Assembly: GCF_001194135.2 (NCBI RefSeq)
Contig: NC_069002.1
Span: 1,065,303-1,129,302 of the forward strand
From: Octopus bimaculoides
Lineage: Eukaryota
Reading direction: 5' to 3'
DNA length: 64,000 bases
In this document: positions 25,676-38,880 of the stretch, in pieces
Layout of the letters: each line of letters starts with the position of its first letter
Position numbering within the stretch: position 1 is the first letter of the stretch
The notes under the pieces: model-generated
Seen by the model: the letters and a program-made list of their open reading frames with translations, nothing else
Told to the model about the DNA's origin: nothing
Databases searched by the model: none
Program-made: the position numbers and the translations under genes

Positions 25676-26272
25676 CGCACACAGAGGCACACACATATGT
25701 ATATAAGTTTTATGTATATGCATATGTGTATATATCTATATCTTTATATATACATATATATATACATACATTCGTACATATATATAAATATATATACATA
25801 TGATAAATATATATATGTGTATATATTCATATATATATATAATATATATATTTATGTGTGTGTGTGTGTTTGTATGTGTGTGTGTGTGTGTATGTGTGTG
25901 TGTGTCTATAAAACTACCTTAGCATTGACTGATTACACAGTATCTGATGCAATAGCTATGACACGGCCAGTACAAAACTATCGATATACAAAATGTATAA
26001 ATACATAAACAAGTGTATATACATTAATACCAATATCTGTAATATGCACTCACTTTTAGACAGCTATATAAAGTATAAGGTGCATAGTTATATCTCCTTG
26101 TTTTTCCCTCCCTCCATCTCTCTTCTTATACATACACACACACATATATGTATATGCCCGAAAATACGTATATACATAAACGAATAGATTTGAATATATA
26201 TAAACATACGTATATATATAAACATACATGAATATATATATATACATATCTGTAAATCCATGCATACACACA

Positions 26273-26362
<90 letters not shown>

Positions 26363-27182
26363 TTATATATATATTCATTTATATATATCTATATGTATAT
26401 TCATATATACATACGTAAATATATATGTATGTATTGTAAGTATATATAAACTATGGGTAAGTATATGCAAGGAAAAGTTAGACATTGAGTGGACCTTTCA
26501 TTCCTATCAATCATCATACAACATCTGTAAAAGTTCTTGCGAAATACTTTCTCCATTTAATTCGGTAAGATAAAGATATCGAATGCCAGACACACATCAC
26601 GCGCGCACACAGAGTCTACCACTTCAGTGGTACACACAAGCACCTGCACGTACACACGCAATACCAACGTTTCGGATGTCTAGCATTATCACAACGACTA
26701 GCAACAAACACAATATTAATAGCACACTTACTCTTTCAGCTTGATAACTCCATAAACCAAATGAACGCCGGTATCCATAACATTATCAGTACATTAATAA
26801 GATCGCCACAATTATGTAATCATGAAAGCCACTGCATCACTAACACAATAACAACAGTAGTACATTTGTAATATCATCCCTAACGTTACCTTCGTCATAG
26901 AACATAACCAATAGATGTTGCCTCTCCAACACACATTGGTGCCGCCAGTATATTCTCAACCTCATTGCTATCGTTCCTCGTTCGTTTATTCGCACCGTTA
27001 CCACAGAAACATCTGCATATTTACAACAGATTGAATCAGGGTTACACAGTATGTCTCAAGTGACGAGACCGGGCTTTTTGAATCGAACGTACACTCTATG
27101 AGAATGTCTTCGATACAGTTTGTGTGTGTTACCTCATTTCTCGATAACACCTGAAGTATCGACGTTTTCACCTATACCTCTC

Positions 27183-27413
27183 TTACTCTTTTGATACGAG
27201 TCCACAGAAGGCCAACCGTTGTGCGATGGTACAAATTTCATGCTTTAAAGTAATCTAAATTAAAACTTTCCATCAAAATTTCACGTTAAAATTATGTTCC
27301 GAACGTCAGTTAATAACAACAAAATTATTTTACTAAATTCTCTATTTTTTGTCAAAATTAATTCAAACAAAATCAGCGCATTTCAACATGAAATTTGTAA
27401 CAAAAGAATTTAA
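27183..27413. mobile_element. MITE (~230 bp) with imperfect terminal inverted repeats, TTAA/piggyBac-like
   Basis: The left end ttactcttttgatac is the near reverse complement of the right end gtaacaaaagaatttaa; AT-rich non-coding interior. Confidence 0.55.
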
Positions 27414-27672
27414 AATCCGCTTAAGTAATTCTTGTATATTGGAAGAATGAAAGATAAACTGGACACAGGAGGGATAAATTGGATACAGGAAGGATATAAA
27501 GCAAGAACTTATTGGAACTCGATATCACCATAGTCAACTGACTGTGTTTCAAATGGACACATTTCGCTTCGGCGAGGGGAACTTTCCAACAAAATATATT
27601 CAGTCAAATTTGGCCGACAAAAGCTGTAGAAACAGTTGTTGACAGGTACTTTGTTTTGTAAATCTCGAAATA

Positions 27673-27767
27673 AAGAAAGGCAAAGTGTACCTTGGCGGCA
27701 TTTGAACAGAGAAATATTTAAAGATATGACTAAATCCCACGGCTATTTTGTCTAACAATTCTGCCTA
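27673..27767 (-). mobile_element. SINE family A, 5' fragment
   Basis: Reverse complement reads ggcagaattgttagac ... gttcaaatgccgccaaggtacactttgcctttc. Confidence 0.7.
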
Positions 27768-29197
27768 CGCACATCCTTTGTCAATCTGCTGCACTGCCCT
27801 AGGACGATCGACCATTCTTCACAAAGCAATAATAATAATAATAACAATAATAATGATAATAATACTGTAGGAGAAAAACATAGAAATAAGAATATATAGA
27901 AAAATAGTGGAAAAAGAAATATCCAAAATTGCGAAGAGAAAAGCAAAACATGAAAGAAGAGCAACGATGAGAGAATAGTAAAAGGAAATATATAAAAAAA
28001 AAAATGGTTTGAGAAGAACATAGGAATATTTCGAAAGAACTTCTCCCAAAATAAATAAATAAAATAATATATATGCAAGGAAAATGAAAATATATGAAAA
28101 AAATTCTTCAAAATAATATTAGACACATAAACATTTGAAATACAAAAAAGAAACATTTAAGAAAATACAACATATCGAAGTAAAGATTAGCAAAAATAGG
28201 AAAAAAGGCAAGAAGAATATGAAGCATAAAATGCGAAAGAAGAAAATGAAGAAATAAAAACTTATAAAATATCATAATAACAAAAAAAAAAAAAAAAGCG
28301 GGGGAAAAGAATACGAAAACTCAATGACAATAATAAGAAATTAAGGAGAGAAAACCTTAAGATGACAAAGAAAGAAGCGAATGGTAATGTTATGGTGACA
28401 CTGTCAGAATGGAAGTATAATGGTCTCTGACGAGGAACTGCGTACCAAGGGACGAACCTAGACTGTCCGAAAAGTTATTTGTATGCTTATATGTATTATT
28501 ATTGGTTTTTTTTTTAATTTTTTATTTTGCCAAAAAAAAAGGGAAAGAAAGAAAGAAAGAGAGGAAACGAAATTTCGAGGAGGACAAATAAATGTTTGGC
28601 GGTAAATTCTATAAGTATTGTCTCTTGAAAAGATGAAAAGTTGACAGAATTGTAAAGCACCATTCAATTCCTCGCTAAACATGCTCACGTTTAAACCATC
28701 CAACCTTCTTTTTCTAAACCATTGTTCGACAAAACTTCTACTATTTCTATCATGTCTTCTTCTTCTTCCTTTCATTCTTTCTAATTTTATTTGCGATTCT
28801 TCACTTCGTCTCTTCTCTTTACCCTTTTCCTTCCTCTTCACCTGACAAAATGAAATCTTCTTTTTTTTATGTCTTTTCTTCTTTTATTGGTTTTGTTTTT
28901 TTATTTCATTCTCATTCTTCTTTTAAATTTTTCTCAGACTTAGTTTCTTTCGTTCTTTCGTTCGTTCGTTCGATGTTTTGTTGGTTTCATTCGTTCTTCT
29001 TTTCATTCGTCTTTTGCTCGCTTCTCAATAAAATTGAGTTTGTTGCATCTTCATCTTATTTTAAACAAAGTTTGATAGTGACACATGTCATGCGCCATTG
29101 GAGGCTCACTTCCTCAATTGCTTTCCACATTTGGAATCGAATTCCGTAGACTTGGGGAAAAGTATGCTTAAATATATATATATATATATATATATAA

Positions 29198-29233
<36 letters not shown>

Positions 29234-29877
29234 ATATATGCGTGTGTATCTTTATATATATGTATATATATATATATGTATGTATGTATGTATATATATA
29301 TATAGTTTGGACACGATGACCGCACACACATATGCACACACACACACACACATATGCACAAAGATATATACTAACATATAGCCTTATATACATATCTGCA
29401 TATACAGATGCATATGTTCAGGCAGACACTCTCTCGCATACTGCTCGCCACACTTATACACACTCAAAAGCAAGCGTTTGTGTCCAATACTACGCCAAGG
29501 CAGAAATTCAAGAAATATGGTTACATAGTGATAGAAAATGCAATGTCCGATTTGGTGGCGATCATAAGAAAGCTATATTATCGCAGACTGATTCCTATGA
29601 ACATACGGGTTCTTGAACACATCGCGTGTTTCTTTTGTTATAAAAACGTTGGCTATTTAGTTTGTTGGTCGTTAATATTCAATGTTTTACACGTATGAAG
29701 AGAATTGTTCCGTGTTGGCTTCAAGAATAGACATCTCAAAACTGACATAACGTTATTTGTAGACACAGCATTTTATTGTTGATGTTGTTGCTGTTGTCGA
29801 TGTTGTTGTTAGTAGTAGTGGATAAGCAATTGCAGGTTGTGTGAGTGTTATTGTGTGTGAGTATATATACTGACCAC

Positions 29878-29933
29878 CACCGCCTCCGCCGCCTCCGCCG
29901 CCTCCGCCGCCTCCGCCGCCTCCGCCGCCTCCG
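29878..29933. repeat. (CCGCCTCCG)n 9-mer repeat running into a gap; (CCA)n on the far side
   Basis: Direct reading, about 6 units. Confidence 0.9.
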
Positions 29934-30706
29934 NNNNNNNNNNNNNNNNNNNNNNNNNNNNNNNNNNNNNNNNNNNNNNNNNNNNNNNNNNNNNNNNNNN
30001 NNNNNNNNNNNNNNNNNNNNNNNNNNNNNNNNNNNNNNNNNNNNNNNNNNNNNNNNNNNNNNNNNCACCACCACCACCACCACCACCACCATCACTGCCG
30101 CCACCTGGGTATCAGGTGTTAATACCGAATTTGTTGTGTTTCAACCGACTGGATAAGTATCCTTGTTGGAAGAGACCTTCCTGTACGGCTTCGTACAGAA
30201 ACTCCACATGCATGTCGCTTCTTCTTCCGGTTATCCCGTTGGAAGCCATGAGAAAATGTCTCGGAGACGGGTCACTTACTTCAATTCTTGAACAAACGCT
30301 AAAGGAATTTCAGCTGAAGAATTTTCTAGAAAAACTATGCAATATGCTGATACAACAGAACATATATCTAAAAGGCATTGGTAACAGTCTGTTTCTTTGC
30401 AGAGTTTAGAGGAATTGTTGCCTTTGTGCAGAATTGAATACCGTGTTTAATGTATGTTTATTTACACTATCAACACACGATCTGTGATATTTAAACTGAA
30501 CAGATTCATTGTTATCCAGTGTGTTTATTTGGTGGAATTTAAATAGACGTGGCTTTCTCTGTAAATTCGTTGCTAGACTTCCGCATCACTTGATGGTGTG
30601 ATGATGGTGCTGTAGCCAGCTCGTAATGAGGTGTGTGTATGTATATACATATGTTCACACACACATATACATAAAAACATACCAATATATGTGTATGTGT
30701 GTAACA

Positions 30707-30763
<57 letters not shown>

Positions 30764-30811
30764 ATTATCTGTCTGCCTGTCTGTCTGTCTGTCTCCATCT
30801 CTCGACAAATT

Positions 30812-30873
30812 GCGTAGTGGTTAAGAGCGCGTGCTACTGACCTCAAGATTCTGAGTTCGATTCCAGGCAGTGA

Positions 30874-30949
<76 letters not shown>
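30812..30949 (+). mobile_element. Short tRNA-derived SINE (~66 bp) with an (AAT)n tail (family D)
   Basis: gcgtagtggttaagagcgc (A-box), gagttcgattcc (B-box), aggcagtgacctg, then (AAT)n 30878-30949. Confidence 0.8.
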
Positions 30950-30950
<1 letters not shown>

Positions 30951-30956
30951 TATGTT

Positions 30957-31045
<89 letters not shown>

Positions 31046-31539
31046 GCGCACAATACATATGTAGACAAATATATATATATATATATACGCACACACACAC
31101 ACATACACATACACACACTGAGTATCCAAATAGTTTTACTACAGGTCTGGTTTCGATAGAAAATATAGATTATTCTTATTACCAAAATGAAATAAAAGCA
31201 AACCGAAGAAACAATAACGAGGAATTGTAGGTCAACGTCCATTTATCAAATGATTATTTTACAGAAAATTAAGGGAAAGTCGGTTAGGAAACAGTAAGAG
31301 GGTGTGAGTGGCGGTGGCGTTGTATGGGATATGTACGGTAGGGGTCACTAGGTTGAGGGGTATGGTAGGACGTAGCTAATGGGGTTCTAGGATAGTGTTA
31401 CGGTTAGTTATGAGCTGGTGGTGGTGGTGGTGGTGGTGGTGAGGATGTTACTAGTTATGTTTACTCTAAATATATATATATATGTATGTATGTGTATGTA
31501 TATATGTATATTTATATATTTATATATATAGTTTGTGTG

Positions 31540-31578
<39 letters not shown>

Positions 31579-31583
31579 GTACG

Positions 31584-31620
<37 letters not shown>

Positions 31621-31674
31621 ATTCTTTATTTCTTTAATTCTTTAAAGTGTTTCAGCTTTAAAGCAGCGGTCATG

Positions 31675-31809
31675 CTGGTACTTATTTTATCGACCACCTA
31701 AAGGAAGAAGGACAGAGCCAACCCCGGCGCAATTTGAACTCAGAACGTGTAGACAGACGAATTGCCACTAAGCATTTTGCCCGGCATCCTAACAATTCTG
31801 CCAACTCAC
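31675..31809 (-). mobile_element. SINE family A, 5' two-thirds
   Basis: Reverse complement reads gtgagttggcagaattgttaggatgccgggcaaaatgcttagtggcaattcgtctgtctacacgttctgagttcaaattgcgcc ... gtcgataaaataagtaccag; its 5' end abuts (ATT)n. Confidence 0.85.
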
Positions 31810-31922
31810 AATAATAATAATAATGATAATAATAATAACTACACCAACAACAGCAAAGGAGTACTTGAGAAGTTTATTAATATAATTAATATAACTAACT
31901 ACTACTACTGCTGCTGCTGCTG

Positions 31923-31976
<54 letters not shown>

Positions 31977-32395
31977 AGAATAACATTATTTTACATAAAC
32001 TAAAACACTCAAGAATGAGATTTTCTTTCGAAGTTGTGATTGCAATTGTTTCTGATCGTTAAAATAGAATCAAATATCAAACATTACAATACAACTAGAA
32101 GACATTATAAGTGAAACAGAATATTAAGAAGAAGAAAATAATAAGAAAACACTTTTCAAAAAATACAGCAGCAGCAGCAGCAGAACAATAACAAAAACGA
32201 CGTCGATGACAAAAGATAACACTAAAGATGCCTTCATTTTTATGATACAATCTTGAAAAATACAAATAATGCCATCAGAAAATAAAATGTATATAAAGCC
32301 TCACACATATATACTTTGAGGAAAAATATATTTAAACATAATTCCCATAAAAATATAAATAGATAATAATACAGAAGAAAATAATAGAAAAGAAA

Positions 32396-32441
<46 letters not shown>

Positions 32442-33692
32442 CCACACACACACATATACATCCATATATATGTATGTATATGTACAGAGAGGGAGAAAAC
32501 AAAATGGCGTTATATTCTCGATAAAAGCGCATTCAGACATTTGTATATATATTCTAGCTGTTGTTTGCTTGTCATTGCAGGCAAGTCTTTGTTACGGTAA
32601 ATATGTTTTACTTTAACTGATTCATTCAGCAACCAGTGACGGCTTTTCTCTCCGGGGCCACCTCCTTGCACTGTTCCCTTTTATTCTAATTAGATTTCCG
32701 AAAAAGACTATGTTCGTTTTCTAACGCAAACTTTCGTGTAAATGCGCATATCTTTGACAAAAGATTTTAAGGTTATTTTTTGTATTTTTATGCAGATTCT
32801 TCATTTATATTTTTTATATATATATTTCATATATTCATGTATTTTTCATTTTGTTTTTCACAAAGGAACAAAAATATAGAAAAAAAAGAACGCTAAATAG
32901 TTAATATGCACTCACACGATACAGACAAAACGCGTATAAGCATACATACATGTATACGCACGCGAGTGTATAGTAACACATGGAGAAATGTACGTAAGTA
33001 TATATATATGTATCTATATATCTATATTATGTGTATGTATATATATATTATATATATATATATATATACACATACCCATATATATTCGTTATGTTTATAT
33101 CAATCTTTCGACGTATCTATCATCTAATTCACACACACACCCACACATACACACACACACGCACACATGAAAGCACACATATGTATGTGCGCATATATAT
33201 ANNNNNNNNNNNNNNNNNNNNNNNNNNNNNNNNNNNNNNNNNNNNNNNNNNNNNNNNNNNNNNNNNNNNNNNNNNNNNNNNNNNNNNNNNNNNNNNNNNN
33301 NNNNNNNNNNNNNNNNNNNNNNNNNNNNNNNNNNNNNNNNNNNNNNNNNNNNNNNNNNNNNNNNNNNNNNNNNNNNNNNNNNNNNNNNNNNNNNNNNNNN
33401 NNNNNNNNNNNNNNNNNNNNNNNNNNNNNNNNNNNNNNNNNNNNNNNNNNNNNNNNNNNNNNNNNNNNNNNNNNNNNNNNNNNNNNNNNNNNNNNNNNNN
33501 NNNNNNNNNNNNNNNNNNNNNNNNNNNNNNNNNNNNNNNNNNNNNNNNNNNNNNNNNNNNNNNNNNNNNNNNNNNNNNNNNNNNNNNNNNNNNNNNNNNN
33601 NNNNNNNNNNNNNNNNNNNNNNNNNNNNNNNNNNNNNGACTATTCATAGGAATACTTTCACAAAACGTCGACATTTTACAAAAGTGTGTGTG

Positions 33693-33745
<53 letters not shown>

Positions 33746-34303
33746 GCACAGACACACACTCACACATATATTCTCATAATATAAAACTCATGGCTGAGTG
33801 TACATTTTCACGTGTGCATACACAGGTCTGACTGGTATTGCGAGCTCCTGCCTACGTACGTACGTACGTACCTACCTACGTACCTACCTACCTACCTACC
33901 ACAACACCTTCAGACATGCACCATGAAAGACTTGTTTCCAGAATTCCTTGTTTTCCGGGACTGACATTTGCCTTGTTTATGATCCTTCCAGATAAGTTAA
34001 TCTGAAAACAGTCTGACAAAATCTTAAGTCCTGATGAAAGAATTTCAATGCAAAAAAAAACAAAAACAAACCCACCTTAAGACTGCACAGATGTGCTGTG
34101 ATTGATTTATATCGACAGACTGGAATGATGGCCTTGCCCTGCAGCACCGCCTGGCGGATGAAATAGAAACTCTTAATGGCAAGAAAGGCGCTGCTCCCTT
34201 CAGTGTGTGTTTCGCTAGCTGATTGTGTCTCCTCGTGCAACTGGAAGTCAATTCAGAAATCAATTTCACGCAGGAAGAAGATACTTATAAATCAATTATT
34301 AAA

Positions 34304-34412
34304 GACATAGCTGTCTGGTTTCGGTTTCAGTCCCACTGCATGGGACCTTGAGCTTGTATTTTTTTACTGTAGCTCTGGTCCGACCAATGACCTTTCAGAG
34401 AATTCGGTGGAA
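34304..34412 (+). mobile_element. Degraded SINE 5' part (CORE-like ccttg motif)
   Basis: gacatagctgtctggtt ... ttcagtcccactgcatgggaccttgagc ... tactgtagctctggtccgaccaatgacctt resembles a tRNA head followed by a CORE-like segment. Confidence 0.55.
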
Positions 34413-34735
34413 TATAATTTTGTTGTAGTACAGCACACTCATGCAATTGCTGAATAAAATATCAATGTCTATGTATGAATGTATTTTATTCTCTGTTTTT
34501 CTCGCAGAACACTAACATGTCGTCTTCGACGCAAGAATCTGTCATATATGCATGCGCGCGCGCGCGTATATATGTGTACGCTTATACAAAGAGAGAAAGA
34601 GAGAGAGAGAGAGAAAGAGACAGAACGAAATAAAGAAAAAGGAGAGAAACAATTAACAAAGGAGATAGAGGACTAAGTCTATAAATGACCTTGAATAAAT
34701 GTACTTATGTGCATGTGTGTATGTGAGGGCATACG

Positions 34736-34768
<33 letters not shown>

Positions 34769-34994
34769 NNNNNNNNNNNNNNNNNNNNNNNNNNNNNNNN
34801 NNNNNNNNNNNNNNNNNNNNNNNNNNNNNNNNNNNNNNNGTACATATATGTGTATATGAGTGTATATACATATATGTATGAGCATATATGCATATATGTG
34901 TATATAGCTGTGTATTTGTATCTGTATACATATATGTATATATGCGTGTATATCTATATATGTATATATATATATACATATATATATATATGTC

Positions 34995-35049
<55 letters not shown>

Positions 35050-36341
35050 TTCTGTGTATGTCTGTGTGTGCGTGTGTGTGTTAGTGTCTTGTTAAAGAAC
35101 GATATCATTCACTTGTATATTAAGTCCAGTACAATACAAACTATGATCCGAAAACAAAGTTATTCAATACCAGTTCAAATATTAAAAAAAAAAGGAGGGA
35201 AAAACAATAAAATTTAAAAACTAAACACAATAAATGAATAAATAAATGGTATCAGAGACCACCCTTCGTTGTACTAACTGGAAGAATTCGGTCTTTTATT
35301 GCTTGTTATTGCTGTTGCTATTAGTTGTAGTAGTGTTGGTGATGGTGGTGGTGGTGGTGGTGGTGTTAACAATTTCTGTCAGTGTTTGTGTTATTGTTGC
35401 TGTTGTGGTTGTCATTGTTGTTGTTATTTTATTATTGTATGGTTTCCTTGACATGTGACTTTTACTGCTTATTGTTGATCTTTTCTCAATTTCGTGATTT
35501 CTTTCTTTCTTCATTTCTTTGTTTACTTTTCCTTGTGTTTATTTCTTGTTTTTTGTTTTGTTTTTACTTTCGTCTATTTTTGCTGTTTGACTGATTGACT
35601 TTGTTGAGACATTCTGCGTCTTGCACCGAATACAATACAGATACATAGTTGATGTCGCTGTGTACAAGAATATAACGCATCGACATATATATATATGCAC
35701 ACACATACATGTGTGAGTGCGTATGTACAGATACATACAACAGATACACACATACAAAGACAGTCAGAAACAGATATATGCCTACACTCACCCATACATA
35801 AATATAAGTGCCTCTGTGTGAGTGTGTGTGTGTGTGTGTATGCGTGTAAAGATGGAGAGAGATGGATATAGACAAAGAGAAAGAGAGGGTGTAGGTGAAA
35901 TAGAGATAGAATTTATGTTGGTGCGGGGTCGTGTATGTGTGTGTCACTTAATAACAGAAATATAAATAGTATTTGATATATACTGCTATAATATTACACG
36001 AACATACGTAAGCACTATTAGAGGGATAAAGAATAACACAATGGAAAATTAAACGCAATATATCAGAAAAATTGCACATATTGGAAAGCAAACGTGTAAA
36101 TATTATTTAACGACTGGCAGAATACCTCCCTGAAGGCAATGTTTCTGTTAGTTCACTTAATGAAGTTGATTGTTATTTCTCAAAAGTTTCGAAGAGGCTT
36201 TCTTCGGAGAACTTTTCTTTAAAGAATTCTCACTAAGGCCAATGTTATGTTTTAAACAATAGCCATAGAAGTAGACTTCACACAGATTTTATGAGTCGGA
36301 GAGAAGGAATTTGGGGAGGCACTTACTCCTAGGATTTCAGA

Positions 36342-36588
36342 GAAATCTTGGACAGTGGGGTTCCTCGATTATCCCTAGAGGCCTTTCTGTATCAGGAGGG
36401 CCACATCTCTATCATCCTGCCCGCCATTTTTTTTTACCTCTGTATGCTATGCATATGTCCCTTCGTTTTCAATGTATACTCACCTTTTTTTTTTTTATCA
36501 TTTCGTTATTATATGGAAACCCCCACACTTTATGTCTGTCTTTGTATTGTCCTCCGCATCCTTCGCTCTTGTCGCAAATAAATGAAAT
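36342..36588 (+). mobile_element. Copy 1 of a ~250-bp dispersed element; probable LINE 3' end
   Basis: Colinear with 48286-48533 from gaaatcttggacagtgggg to caaataaatgaaat; AATAAA then an (ATC/GTC/ATT)n tail to about 36690. Confidence 0.8.
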
Positions 36589-36618
36589 CATCATCATCAT
36601 CATCGTCGTCGTCGTCTG

Positions 36619-36678
<60 letters not shown>

Positions 36679-37154
36679 CATTATTATATCAATAATATTG
36701 ATGACATGCAGTTGAAATTTTAATTGACGCAGCTGGTATTCGTAGCTGAAAGATCGAAAATGTACCTGGCATTTAACTGTGGGTGATATTGTTTTCCTCA
36801 GATAAACCAAGATGAGACATACTTATGATGAAAGGCTTCCCACCCGTAGCCAACCCGTCTCATATTAAAAGACGCTAAACGGTACGCAATATTTATCTAA
36901 TGTGTCCTTCATTTGTGTAACGAAACTAGAGAACTAGTTGTGAGGGCGCTGTAGCTGCTATTCCTGTTGTATTTTTGTATCACTAAGTGAAAAGACGAAG
37001 CATTCAACTCCCGTTGCTGGCTTCTAACTTCGCACGCTTTTGAGTTCCATGCATAGAGAAACGGTAGAAAACTTTTACAAAAGTTATTCCGACATCCACA
37101 TCTGCAAATAAGATACACGTAGTTACATCTAATTCCTAACACATGAGAAACTAA

Positions 37155-37219
<65 letters not shown>

Positions 37220-38794
37220 NNNNNNNNNNNNNNNNNNNNNNNNNNNNNNNNNNNNNNNNNNNNNNNNNNNNNNNNNNNNNNNNNNNNNNNNNNNNNNNNN
37301 NNNNNNNNNNNNNNNNNNNNNNNNNNNNNNNNNNNNNNNNNNNNNNNNNNNNNNNNNNNNNNNNNNNNNNNNNNNNNNNNNNNNNNNNNNNNNNNNNNNN
37401 NNNNNNNNNNNNNNNNNNNNNNNNNNNNNNNNNNNNNNNNNNNNNNNNNNNNNNNNNNNNNNNNNNNNNNNNNNNNNNNNNNNNNNNNNNNNNNNNNNNN
37501 NNNNNNNNNNNNNNNNNNNNNNNNNNNNNNNNNNNNNNNNNNNNNNNNNNNNNNNNNNNNNNNNNNNNNNNNNNNNNNNNNNNNNNNNNNNNNNNNNNNN
37601 NNNNNNNNNNNNNNNNNNNNNNNNNNNNNNNNNNNNNNNNNNNNNNNNNNNNNNNNNNNNNNNNNNNNNNNNNNNNNNNNNNNNNNNNNNNNNNNNNNNN
37701 NNNNNNNNNNNNNNNNNNNNNNNNNNNNNNNNNNNNNNNNNNNNNNNNNNNNNNNNNNNNNNNNNNNNNNNNNNNNNNNNNNNNNNNNNNNNNNNNNNNN
37801 NNNNNNNNNNNNNNNNNNNNNNNNNNNNNNNNNNNNNNNNNNNNNNNNNNNNNNNNNNNNNNNNNNNNNNNNNATATATATATATATATATATATATACA
37901 TACCTGTGCATATATAGATATGCAAATATATGTGTCTATATAATGTATATGCATATATGCATGTACACATGTGTATACATATTTGTATTTGTGTGTGTGT
38001 GTGTATATATGCACATGTACGCGTACACATACATATATGTGCGTGTGTAAATATCTTTATATATGCTTGTGTATATGCGTATATATGTATATGTGTACAT
38101 ATATGTATATATATTTATATATATATATATATATATGCAAACACGTATTACACACTAACGTAACTTTGTGGTGTGTGAGTGTATATGTGTGTATGTAAGT
38201 GTGTTTATATTTGTATGCCTACAGTGTATCTATACACATTTCAAAGCTAAAGAATGCACATTTACCTTCACACGCACATTTACACACAAACACACAGAGA
38301 CCTGCGCACAGAGACGCATACAGTCGCAAAAGCACATACACGTTTGGAAGCATCGTCCATACACACACACACACACACATGTAGTTATAGTTGAGCATAT
38401 GGTCTTACATATTCCCATAGGTGCATAAACTAGAATTAAGATTCTTATCTCTTCTAGAATAAGATGTATACATGAGGTGTAGTGTGTATACATGAGGTGT
38501 AGTGTGTATACATATCGATGTATGCAATTGCATTTGGTTCAAACAACAAGCGTAAATTGATCAGAAAGCAGGATATTCATACGAATAATATTCGGCATTT
38601 CACTTTACTCTGGGAAAGCAGTTGTTGTTGTTTACTGCCTTCGTTTTCGTTTTTCTTGTTATCGTTGTTTCTGTTGTTGTTGTTTTTGTTGTTGTTGTTG
38701 TTGTTGTTTAGCACCAGGTCAGTCATAATTTAGTGGAGCTATACTTCAAAGGAATTTTAGCCGTAACTACCCCCATCTTTCCTTATCTTTCTTA

Positions 38795-38880
38795 GGACTG
38801 TGGTTAAGAGGTTCGTTTCTCAAACCTCGAGGTCTTGGATTCAATCTCACTGCTTGGCGCCTTGGGCAAATATCATCTTC
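38795..38880 (+). mobile_element. tRNA-derived SINE head plus CORE-like motif
   Basis: tgtggttaagag (A-box-like), ggattcaatctc (B-box-like), cactgcttggcgccttgggcaa. Confidence 0.65.

Noticed and set aside
22633-29161. Plus-strand exon candidates 22633-22707 and 29071-29161 (also 44416 onward)
   Set aside because: Open stretches of about 30 codons with AG/GT ends are common by chance in AT-rich DNA; they do not chain into a recognisable protein.
29408-29698. FKKYGYIVIENAMSD resembling the PhyH dioxygenase N-terminal motif
   Set aside because: No downstream HxD or other fold motifs, no splice support, and an overlapping frame is equally open.
30812-30877. Possible tRNA gene
   Set aside because: It has A- and B-boxes but no complete acceptor or anticodon stems and carries an (AAT)n tail; it is a SINE. 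The same applies to 24141 and 38795.
34120-34225. Possible box C/D snoRNA (ATGATG...CTGA)
   Set aside because: Imperfect C box and no properly placed terminal stem.
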